Shown: in pieces, positions 53,639 through 64,000 of the stretch
How the letters are laid out: the number at the start of each line of letters is the position of its first letter
How positions within the stretch are numbered: position 1 is the stretch's first letter
Assembly: GCA_050084985.1 (NCBI GenBank)
Contig: JBITNC010000001.1
Location: 93,682,001-93,746,000 of the forward strand
Origin: Nageia nagi
Taxonomy: Eukaryota > Plantae > Pinophyta
Direction of reading: 5' to 3'
DNA length: 64,000 nucleotides
The notes under the pieces: model-generated
Database searches by the model: none
Told to the model about the DNA's origin: nothing
What the model saw: only the letters and a program-made list of their open reading frames with translations
Position numbers and translations under genes: made by a program

Positions 53639-56002
53639 TCTACTCATCCAATGCATTGGACATCCATCTCTCTCCCCTTATACGAGGGGGATTAAGATTA
53701 ACTTCGTTTACTAACCATGTTCTGAGAGTAAAACCTTTTCCCTTTGACCTACATTATACATTGGAATTGGACAGATGTTCAACTCCTTGCGCATGAACTA
53801 GTGCCAATGGGAATTGACCTCAACCCTTCCCAAATATCTATCTCATAACTTTCATAGCCACAATCTCCAACAATTGTTAAATGTTAACATGCTAAAAAGA
53901 GCTATCGCCTATGCAACACCAAGGTCTTCAATGCAACCCTTTCCTTGACAATCATTCTAACAAACAATTCCATGACCTTCTCAACCCTCAAATACCAATA
54001 GTTATCATGTTGTTGAAGTTCCTCCTAATCATCTTACAAGACCATCTTGTTTTCTTGAAAATGCACACTTCATGCCCCACTTCTTAATCTTTATGTTGAT
54101 CCTCCAAGCGTCCCTTTGAGGTATTAAATTAGGTCAACCAGCACCCCCAAATCTTTTGCAGACAATAAAATTGATGCTCTACCCACCATGAAATCAAAGG
54201 ATGGCATGACACTATCGCTTATTTAGAGACTAAAGTTGGTTTTTTTCTTCTCACATCCTAATCAGCGGCTCTGGCTTTGTACCTTTGGCAAGCAATTACA
54301 CATAGGTGGCAAACTACAAGAGGTCTCAAACACCCTTAGATTAATAACGTCTTTCTTTCCTCCTGTCATGAGCAATGGGAATAGAAAACCTCCTTTCTAT
54401 GCGACTTCTACCCGGTTTTATAATGATAATAGACTGGTATGCCCATTCTAACAACTTAACCCGCCTTGGATGTTCAGATAGTCCCTAAAAGGTACTTTGT
54501 GCAGTCTCCCTGGATATTGAAATCAGAAACTGTAAACTCTGATCACTCTCGTGAGCACCATCGAATATCACATTGGCTCATGCCAGATGATTGATGTTGA
54601 CTGAAGGTCTTCTAACAATCAACGTTATATTACTGTTTAGACCCAGCTACATTTGTGTTCTATGTATTGATGATTCTCAGATGATGTTCAAGATATAATA
54701 TATCATCTGAACTTTACTACGTTTAGTCTTGTTTATTAGTGCCAACCCTGGTCTTAACTAGTTGTTTGACCTCATGTGTAACTACAGAACTGTACACTAC
54801 ATATAGAGCTGTTCTCATTCTGGGTGCTTACTGTTCCCTTGGACTGGCCTCAACAGTGGAAATTGGGTGCATATAATGTCAGGTATTTTGTAGCTTTCAC
54901 TTTATATTAGATGGTAATTTGTGCATCACCTACGATCTCAGACTAAAAATTCCGTATAGTTCCAAATAAGAGTAACAGCAAAGCGGCACATGCACTATCA
55001 ATTATTGTCTATGGTCTCATGAAATGTCGTGCATTGATGGGAACTGCGCCGCTTAGGGCCAAATGGATGAAACTGGGTGCAACACGATCTCCATAGAACA
55101 CAAACCCATCTCACAGCTTAGCCAAACAGAAGATCAAAATTGTGTACATGTACTCCAGCCATGGGCATGTTTCAAGCAGCATTTTGAAAGACATCAATTT
55201 AAAAAACTTCGATTCTGATTCAAGCTAATCTATGGAGTACAAGACAACACAACAAAGGAATGCATAATATTGTTGACTTCTTAATAGGTAGCAGTTAGCA
55301 CTAACATTCTTCGGGAATTTTGTTCTTCAGTTTTTTTTAGCTTATCAGTCTTCACAGATGGATCCAAACCTAGCAACAATAAACTTGTTCTGGAGGCCAA
55401 TTGCATATAAACAAATGAAAAAAAAAAATAGAATCAAGCATTAACACTGGAGATACAATCATGGTGTAGTGGTAGGGCAGAGCTTTCATGTAAGATTCCA
55501 TGCACCATCCGTGTGAATTACCTAATTAATCTACAATGGACTGGTAGCTCAGTTAGTACTCTACTATCAACTTCTACTATACTGGCTATCCTAATCAGGA
55601 TATGAATTCAAAATTTCAGCTTTTCATAAGAATTTGCAAGCCTGTCATAATCAATTTGCAAAATTCATAAGAAAAGGGCTTATCTACTCTCATTCTGACG
55701 CTAATTGCCAACGCAATTCAATATACTTACGGCAGAACATGAAACATCCCTAACCCTAATAAGATCCCCAAACATGAATTTTGACACATTGAACCCTAGT
55801 AGCTCAAATGCAATCAAAACAAAGAAATGAATTGAATGTGCTAGAAACTACACAATAAAATTTAAAGAACAATTCTACAGTTTCGATTGCGTTGATCCAA
55901 GAAAAAGACATTAAATGAGGAAAACTTTCACATATTCTAGAAGAATTACTTAATTCTTTTCAAAGGGAAGGAAATGGAATCATTTAGGGATTAGCAGCTC
56001 AC

Positions 56003-56120
56003 CTTGTTTTTGCCGCGAAATAGTAGAAGCAAATGAATAGAACTGGATGTCGTTGTACTTCGACTCACAGTGCTTATCCCAAATTAGAGCCGAGAACAGA
56101 ACGGTGGCACGGTGATTCGA
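56003..56120 (-). other. Probable non-coding first exon/TSS region of the Sec14-like gene
   Basis: Donor AAG|GTGAGC at 56002 in a CpG-retaining non-repetitive patch, followed by T-rich intron-like sequence; a second strong donor (|GTAAGT) at 55730. The TSS boundary is approximate. Confidence 0.5.
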
Positions 56121-56332
56121 ACGGCGGACCACATACACATCTCAAGTGCATACGAGTTTTAATTACTTGAGCATGGATTTGGGGTATAACCCCGTTATGG
56201 GAATTGGTGCAGTTGATTAGGTAATAGGAGTATTTGTTTGGTGTGTTTTTTTTATTGAATTTTTTTGAAATTCTATTAGGAATTAGATTTTTTTTTATAT
56301 ATATATTGGTTGTTTGGGTAAATAATGATTTG

Positions 56333-56415
56333 GTTTGTATCAGAAATAAAATTTAAATCATATAAAAAGTATTGTTTGTATCAGAAATAAAATTTAAATC
56401 GTATAAAAAGTATTG
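56333..56415 (+). repeat. Tandem duplication, 2 x 41 bp
   Basis: GTTTGTATCAGAAATAAAATTTAAATCRTATAAAAAGTATT occurs twice. Confidence 0.9.
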
Positions 56416-57679
56416 GGTGGAAAAAATTACATTCTATACGTCAAGTGTAATGTTAGTCATATCTTAACATGTCATTATATGATCTTTCAAATTGTTCAAC
56501 ATTTCACATGATAAAAGAGAGAACATTATTAAATGTGGTAACTAACAAAAACTAATACATTGAAGAGTATCCAGTACAAAGATCCAGATCGTACATGGCA
56601 ACTAATTATTGGAGCATCATCAATATTTAAATGCATTTAACACCATTCAGTGGAAGGTGGAGAGCAAGCTGACAGCGTGGGAGTCGATAAATTATCAATA
56701 TACTGATTAATGGTGGTATCATGCTCCATTCATTTCCTTATTATGTTTCTAGACATTTGACGATATATGAGGCTAATGAGTGCTATCAACTTTTTCCCGA
56801 ATCTCTTACCAATTTGGATATGCATTATCTATGGGGGGAATAACATTAAATGAATTGGCCACCCACCCCTCTATCATCATCCCTTCCTCATTTGTAGTTG
56901 TAACGTGTGACTTTGGCCATCATTATGGCGAGAGGTATTTGGGCATTCCCCCCACCCAAAGTAACGACGAGGGGAGTCTAGGAGAATATCCCATTCATGG
57001 GCTTATGTCAAATATGGCCAAAAGGTGGCTTTATCATCCTGGCATTATCGCTACAAACCATAAGACAAGCTTCGATCCTGCTCCCAAGGGGGTGGGCAAC
57101 GGTATTGCCTTGATCTTGAATGCTTTGGATGCTCAAGAAATAAAGGGACCCGACTAACAAAGCATAGGGCATTATCCCAATGGTTGAGAAGCTACCAAAG
57201 ATGCTTCACCTCCAGCGTGACCTTCACTAAACCAAAAAAGCCTTTTTAGGGCAGTTTTAAACTATCATCCCATTGCCTAAGAGGTCGTTACCAAAATTCC
57301 CCTCTCTAAGGAGGTGGCAAATAATCATCATTTTATGGCACCTAAAACCACCACCTAATCTTAAAAAAAGATGATTAAAAACTACCCCTCTTTCAACTAA
57401 TATGGCAACCTAAACCACCCCTCAACTCGTCTCATTATTATTTAAAGTGGTGGTCTTAGTCGTCCTTTAGCAATATATGCGATGGTTTAAAACTATTGCA
57501 TATTAATCATATTTGAAAAAAAGGCATAATCTGAAATCATTATTTCAATTGGAATAATGCTTCCAAGCTATGTTGTCCTTGGTTACTCGAGGCACCCAAG
57601 CTCAATCATAGTGAGCCCAATGATGATATTGGTTGTGGGCTCCTAAAGGATGGCCCAATGGAACTTACCAACCATTGTT

Positions 57680-57706
<27 letters not shown>
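57680..57706. repeat. (TA)n microsatellite
   Basis: Direct reading, about 13 units. Confidence 0.97.
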
Positions 57707-57710
<4 letters not shown>

Positions 57711-57724
57711 GATAAAGGAATGTT

Positions 57725-58075
57725 CATGATCAAGTGCACCATATGATACAAAATGATCCAAATGCACCAACATATGATATTAAATTATCTAATTACACCA
57801 TATTGGTGTAAAATGATGTTATTGTACCACATGATATGAAATGATCCAAGTGCACATTATGATATGAAATCATCTAAGTACACCATATGGTTTGATACAA
57901 TGCAAATGTACCATAAGATATGAAATATACACCAACATATGATATAAAATTGATATAAGTTCATAATATGATCTAAAATGATGCAATTGTATCATATGAT
58001 ATAAAATGATCTATATACACCATATGATATGAAAATTACATAACTACATATGATATGAAATTATTCAAATATGCT
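57725..58075 (+). repeat. Degenerate ~28-31-bp minisatellite
   Basis: About a dozen units of CATATGATATRAAATGATCYAARTGCAC. Confidence 0.85.
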
Positions 58076-58720
58076 CTGTAGTTCTAAAAAAAGTGGTAAG
58101 TTAGCAAAAACATGTTTCTAAAACTTAGCAATTGTTCAACCAAAAAATTTGAATGCTATGTTGTCTTACCTCCATAATAAGATATATTTCCCCCATGATA
58201 ACATGTTCAAAACATCATGAATTAGATAAGTCAAGGTTAGCTACATTTAGAAGTTGTCAATAGATGTATTACTATTATGTGTTAGCATAGTTCATAATGT
58301 TATCACATAACTAACCTAGATGCTTCAAATATATAATATGAAATAATCAAAGTCCACCATATGATAGGAAATTATGGACTTTTAAATAAATGCATTATGC
58401 AAGGCCTAGGAATTATTTGATAAGATGCATGATGCAAACATAATTTCATTATTTGCAATGATTGCAAGATACAAACGTATGATGTAAGGCATGGGAATTG
58501 TTTGACAAGATGCATGATGTAAATACATTTTCTTGAAGAAGCTCAATAAGATTCAAATATGCTCTACAATTGTGCTTAAATAATCAAGAATACCATAGTT
58601 ATGATTAAGGATTACAAAATTATGTTCAAATGATTCAAATATGATTTATAGTGTCAATCATTACTCAAATGATTCAAATATGCTCTACAATACTACTACC
58701 ATAATACTTTGATTTACAAG

Positions 58721-59238
58721 TGTTAGAATTTGTAATGAAATATTGTGAATATCTAAACTCCTTGTAAGTTCAATTAATCACTTAAAGGATATGTAGATAC
58801 CTTAAGGGATTAATTGAATTCTTTATTATGTGTGGACTTTGACCTAACCATGGGGTTAGTTGGTAGGTTAAAGTTAGGTCACACATTTATTGTAACCCTA
58901 ACCTTACCCTTGGGTTAAAGGGAGGTTAGGGAGGTGCTCTCAAGCTATAAATAGAGGGCCTCTCCTCTTGTAAATATATCTAAGTTTTGGAGTAAGATTA
59001 CTATACTAGGTTGTGTAAGAGAGAGCAAGAGAATAGTTGTAAGAGAGGCATAGATTGAGAATAGAGAACTAGTTGTGGATGTACTCTCAAGGAGGGAGGA
59101 ACCACATTATATTGGTGTCATATTGTGTGAATGTGTTGGTAGCTTGTAGATGTTGCATGTTGAATGTGATTGAGCTTTCTATAGTCTTGGACCTTGGGAA
59201 TTAGAGTAGTGCTAATTCTCTCAATTGGTATCTAGAGC
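58721..59238 (+). mobile_element. Copia-type LTR plus PBS (5' fragment)
   Basis: TGTTAG...CTCTCA 58721-59223 with CTATAAATAGAGGG TATA at ~58945; PBS-like TGGTATCTAGAGC at 59226-59238; no coding region follows. Confidence 0.75.
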
Positions 59239-59847
59239 TTGGTGTGGAAGCTCTTCTTCTATTTTTTGGAGGTTCTTCATCCTTCTCAAATTTGGAGATC
59301 TTAATCCTAATCTTCATTGTGAGGTAAAAGGTTGGCAAAGGTATAACCTTCTATCCTTCTTTAACTAAGTTCATTATGATACTAATTTTTTGTATGATTA
59401 TGCTAGATGTCTTAACAAAAATAACTTCAAATACCATAATATATTTTTGTTACTCTCTTCTTACTAACAATATTTTATGTTAGTAATCTATTTTTAATGT
59501 ACAAAGAAAATGCTTTTTTTTTGAGCAAAAATATATTATGATAGCATCTTATTGAAAAGTTTTTTACAATAGTCTTTTGTGAAAAATATCAAAAAAAGAG
59601 GAAGGTGCAATTTCTTTTACATATTATTGTTATTGTTGAGAAAAAAAAGAGAAAGGTATTTAACAAAAAAGGGAGATTTATGATACCTTCACTTGAAATA
59701 CATTATTATTTAACCCAAATTATCTAATTTACAATATTTTTTAGTTTTACAAAATAAAATTTTCAATTTTTTGGAAAAATTATTGAGGGCCACGTTGGTT
59801 GAAGGTGGTGACTCATCAGCACCCCTGGTCTCACGGTTGCTGCAAAA

Positions 59848-59921
59848 TGTAAGCGCGTAGGAATCGAACATGTGACCTTCAGATGTACAGTCTGATGCTC
59901 TCCCAACTGAGCCACGCGAAT
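59848..59921 (-). tRNA. tRNA-Phe-derived pseudo-tRNA/Pol III unit with GTA (Tyr) anticodon
   Basis: GCTC-AGTTGGGA-GAGC D-arm, TCAGA-CTGTACA-TCTGA anticodon arm, AGGTC variable loop and GTTCGATTC B-box match the plant tRNA-Phe body; T-stem and acceptor stem pair poorly; TTTT follows. Confidence 0.75.
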
Positions 59922-62549
59922 TATTTGACCAAGTGAGCAATGGCCAGCATCCGAAGCACGCCAGCCCGGCCTCGCCCAACTTTTTCACCACCAGCACGGT
60001 CATTTTTTGCCTCCACATCCGCCACCACTTCCAAGATGCGACTGTCAGTTGTAAAGCTGAACTCTGAAACCTCTAGTCTCATAGAACGTAAGATATGCAT
60101 ATACAAATCGTTATTTGTCTTATCCATCTTCTTCGTAGCTGCCTCCATATTAACTTGGTTTTTTGTTCCTTGCTCAATGAACCTCATGATGCGTCTGTCG
60201 TTAGTTTTGCGTTCTGCTTACTAGTAGCTTGGTGCAGTGACAAATTAAAAGCCTCAGCCTTGAACTAGGGTCGTTTGCAGTAGGAGTTATGAACTACTGA
60301 TTTCGTAGAGCACACTCTTGAACAAATGGAACCTATACGCTAATAAACGAACACCCTTAAGAGTCTTTGCGTAGGAGATAATAGTAAGTCTTACAATGTG
60401 AAATACGATAGTGTTCAAAAGTGAACGCAGAGGAAAAACACTTATTTAACACATCGTTTCAAGGTGACTCGAGGTCTATACATCGTGAGCCATTATGAGG
60501 CTTACACGGTAGACATCATGATGTTATTTTACTTGGTGTTTACATAGAAGATATTAAGAATTCAATGCACTTCTCAATTTTACAAAAATCACGTAACTTT
60601 AACCTATTTGTTACTTTCTCCTGATAATCGCTATGCATGAATCAAACCTCTACAGGCGTTTGACATACAATCTAAGAGGCTTGGACAGAGATGCATGAGC
60701 TCCCTCTGCCTAACCTACTGTAACCTCTCCCCTACTGTGGCAAACCGATGAAGGAGAATCTCTCTGCAGTCTACTTATCATCGGGCGACACCTACCTCGA
60801 TTTTTTTCCATGTTGTGCCCGACACTCCAACTCACAGGCTCATTTCCGTGTTGAAGCTGCATGGAATGAGGACCCTCTCACCACTCTCAAGCTTGTCTGT
60901 TAACTGGGAGGGGTCCGAGGAAGTGGTAAGTCCGACCATGAAGGACTCTAAACCGCCGCTTGTTGGATGTTTCCTACGCAACCCTCTTCTCCTCCCTTAA
61001 CTATGTGCATTTAATTGTTTATTTTTGGTTGACTACTTTGCATATTCTCCAACCAAACCCCTTAAGTATTAATTTTTTGTTGACTACTTTTCACCTTCCT
61101 TACATGCACATGAAATTCCAACGTATTCTCCTTCTTGGTAAGGGAAGGGAGCCATCATTTTTTACCAAAAGCATTTATTTGTTTTTTGACTTAGATTATT
61201 TTTTGTTATTTGGAAAAGCTTTGGTAGAAGAAGCATTAAATATGCATGAAGTAGGGTATGGGTCTCCTTCTTTCTCCATTTAATTCTTGGAGACTTGGTA
61301 AGTGGTGAATATTTTTAACTTATTTTAAGTTAAACTTAGCTTATTTTTTTTAAAAAAAAGCTTAGAATATTTTTAATATTGCATGTTTAATTTACTAAGA
61401 TGCACATGCAATTTCTAGAATGCTAACCTCTTAGCATTTTATTTTATTTTTCTAAGCATAATAATTTAGTCTAAGTATGCTTTTTTTTTAAGTAAATAAG
61501 GGAAATTTTTTTTACTTAAAATGCATACTTATAAGACAAGTCTTAGCATACAAGTTTTTTTTTAGGGATAAAACTTTAAGTGAAAAGGGGGGAATTGGTA
61601 TAATTTTTACTTAAATTTTATCTAGATGTTGCATGCTAGACTTATGATGCATGTATCTTTATCTTGTTTGAAGAATAAAACATGCTTAGGACTTAAATTT
61701 TTTAATGCATGATGCATGATTACTTAAATTTTTTTTTAAGTCATGGACCAATGCATGTTATGAATTAAATACTAAGTAGGACTTAGTTCTTTTGTTTAAT
61801 TCATTAAGTGCTTGAATAAATTGAGCAAAATATACAAAATGTAAAAGTCCTTTAGGGGTTAGTACAAAACCCATTGGATTTTTTAAGGTTTTTCAAAGCT
61901 CGTGTGGATGATGCAATTTTACTTTACTTTGTATTTTTGCATAATTTGCTTATACTTGCAAAAACGCAAATATTGAAAAGTAACCCCTAAAATGAACACA
62001 TCTGCACGTATTCTTCCACAACATGACTTGTTTGGGGAGCCACAAGGTGAGGACAGGGCAGACTGGAGCCCTTTTAGTTCGAAGAATCGAGTGGTGGTAA
62101 GTCTGTCTTAATTGCCCCTAAGACCTCTATTGGATTGGACATAACTCTATTAGGTGGACAGGCATGTGTGTAGTGATACCACATGTCCGTATGTCCATTC
62201 AGGGATTATCCTAATAACCTAGGAGGAAAACTGAAAACCTTAATCAAGATAATTAAAATGGTCGGTCCAAGATACGTCGGATCCTTGGAAAATAGTTAGT
62301 ACTTCTCCTTGTGAGAGTATATTACTGACCAAGGTGAACTGGTTGAGGACTGGTAGTACCTAGGCTCCACCTTGTGGGCATCCAGGTGAAGGCCTAATTC
62401 TATACAAGAAAACAACCCCAACTTTATTCCTCTATGGATCGTGGTTATAAGTTTGCACATGTGGGACATGTTTACTTATGTTTGATTTGTATAGATGGAA
62501 ACTTGTAAAAAATTTGCATTCTTATTGCATATTTATTTTTGTACAGACA

Positions 62550-63866
62550 ATGGTTGAAACCTTCATACCCAAGCACATACTCGACGGTTCCAACTATGGC
62601 ATATGGGAACCTTGTATGAGAGCTGAGTTACAGGCAAGGAAGTTGTGGCAGACAGTAAATGAAGATCTAGTTGCTCCTACAGATGAGAATGCCCTTGAAA
62701 TTTACAACTCAAAGAATGAGTTAGCAACCTCAATGATCTATCGTGCAGTTTCAGATGACATCCTTCTCATGATTTTTTCCTCGACATCAGCAAAAGAAGC
62801 TTGGGACAGACTAAAGAAAATTTACCTTGGGTCCAAATTTTCAAGAAGGTTCACCATTCTACAAAAGTTGTTACAGTATCATCAAGGAGAAGATGAAAGT
62901 GCCTTAATCTACTTGAACAAAATCATTGACCTTAGGACACAACTGGTTGGCTGTGGGTGCAATTGGATCAATGATGAGTTCATGGTCTTCATTATTCTTC
63001 AAAGCCTCTCTACAAAGTTCAGTAACTTTGTCACAGTTATGGAGACTAGGCTCGATGATGAAGAAGATGTTATCTCCCTTGACAATCTTTCTAGACTCCT
63101 TCTGAAGCATGAGGAAACTTTGAACAAGAAAATGTTGAACATTTCTCCAAAGGATAATAGCATTGCTCTAGGAGCAACCAAAACTCCTTTCAAGAAGACA
63201 TTCAAACATTATAAATTCAAAGACAACAAATCCTCATCTACCATCAGAAAGCACAACAACTTCAAGCAAAGGAATGACAAAGCTGGATCAAGCAAACCAA
63301 CACTGCAGGAAAAGTTTGATGGGAATTGTAACTTTTGTGGCATCTTTGGGCACAAAGAGTATGATTGTTGTAAAAAGAAATTTGCTCAAAAAGGAAAGGG
63401 AAATGCAAATGTGAGAAATTTCAATAATAAAAAGAAGAACAAGCATGCTGCTTCTGTTGCCTACTACTCAATGACTCAAACTATTTCCAATGAATGGATT
63501 ATTGATTCAGGATGCACTAATCACATGTGTTATGAAAAGGATAAGTTTGAAAATTTTCATAAGTACAACAAGGATATAGTTGTGAGAGGTGATAATACAG
63601 TCCTTGATGTTCAAGGAATAGGGAATGTGAAGATTCATGGAAAGGCGCTTGATAATGTCTTTTATGTGCCTAAGCTAAGGATGAATCTTATCTCTGTAAT
63701 TCAGATTACAAAGACAGGATGCTCATTTGAGTTTACCTCACACTCCTGGTGTGTTAAGAAAGGACTTGCCACTTTGATGAAAGGATCAGTAAAGAATGAC
63801 CTTTATATTATGGATCAAGTACCTTCAAAGATTTGTCTTGCTACAAATGTGTGTTCAAAAGGTAAT
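62550..63866 (+). CDS. Copia-3 gag-protease, open frame cut by a nested insertion
   Basis: LDGSNYGIW, SAKEAWDRLK, zinc knuckle CNFCGIFGHKEYDC, protease WIIDSGCTNHM, NVFYVPKLRMNLISV; 439 uninterrupted codons. Confidence 0.93.
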
Positions 63867-64000
63867 TGTTGATTAGGATTGCGTAATATATGCACCGCGA
63901 ACAATCTTAACCAAAGTAAATCAAGAACAGACTATGATGACAGTCTGATTTCTGGAGAAGGTCGGTTCCTTATACATTGGGTGTAGGAGAAGTAACAGGA
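63867..64000. mobile_element. Start of a nested LTR-type insertion
   Basis: TGTTG begins where the GAG-pre-integrase LWH.RLGH motif should follow ...SKGN; the sequence after it is non-coding. The other end is outside the window. Confidence 0.7.

Larger units (their letters stand above)
44100..54300 (-). mobile_element. LINE ORF1-like remnants (44100-45228 and ~52120-54300) flanking the Gypsy element
   Basis: Patchy minus-strand similarity to plant LINE ORF1 (WV...IG..LG region, zinc-knuckle remnant duplicated at 53258-53638); boundaries uncertain. Confidence 0.35.

Noticed and set aside
54660-54712. C/D-box snoRNA (TGATGA...CTGA) or hairpin
   Set aside because: Too short, antisense to the host gene, no identifiable rRNA guide; only a 9-bp inverted repeat.
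56780-57157. 125-aa ORF upstream of the gene
   Set aside because: Non-ATG start, no motifs, embedded in repeat-like sequence.
59848-59921. Functional tRNA-Tyr gene
   Set aside because: T-stem ACATG/CCTAC does not pair, only ~4 contiguous acceptor pairs form, position 37 is C, and the body is Phe-type.
59921-60224. Overlapping 88-94-aa ORFs next to the tRNA-like unit
   Set aside because: No recognisable family; GC-rich sequence gives open frames on both strands.

Overview
AT-rich eukaryotic nuclear DNA, most consistent with a gymnosperm/conifer-type genome (inferred from very large TE-filled introns and old, heavily C>T-decayed retroelements). One host gene runs on the minus strand: a Sec14p/CRAL-TRIO lipid-transfer family protein. 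Its coding exons are 41193-40876, 32995-32850, 3148-3038 and 249-<1, with a probable 5'UTR exon near 56003-56120. Introns are about 14.6, 7.9, 29.7 and 2.8 kb and the gene continues past the left edge. The introns hold a three-level nest of Copia elements, LINE remnants, a non-autonomous chromovirus-like element and four TSD-flanked solo LTRs of one related group: A 4032-7181, B 13110-15922, C 21702-28791 and D 36335-38730. These four share terminal motifs, a promoter motif and an array of ~50-bp hairpin repeats separated by variable spacers. The 7.1-kb copy C also carries a decayed ~3.5-kb gene with its own TATA box inside the LTR. This array-plus-gene LTR module is the best candidate for an undescribed system. 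Upstream of the host gene are a tRNA-Phe-derived Pol III unit with a GTA anticodon and a younger Copia whose gag-pol is cut by another insertion at 63867. All calls are by-eye readings; no searches were run.
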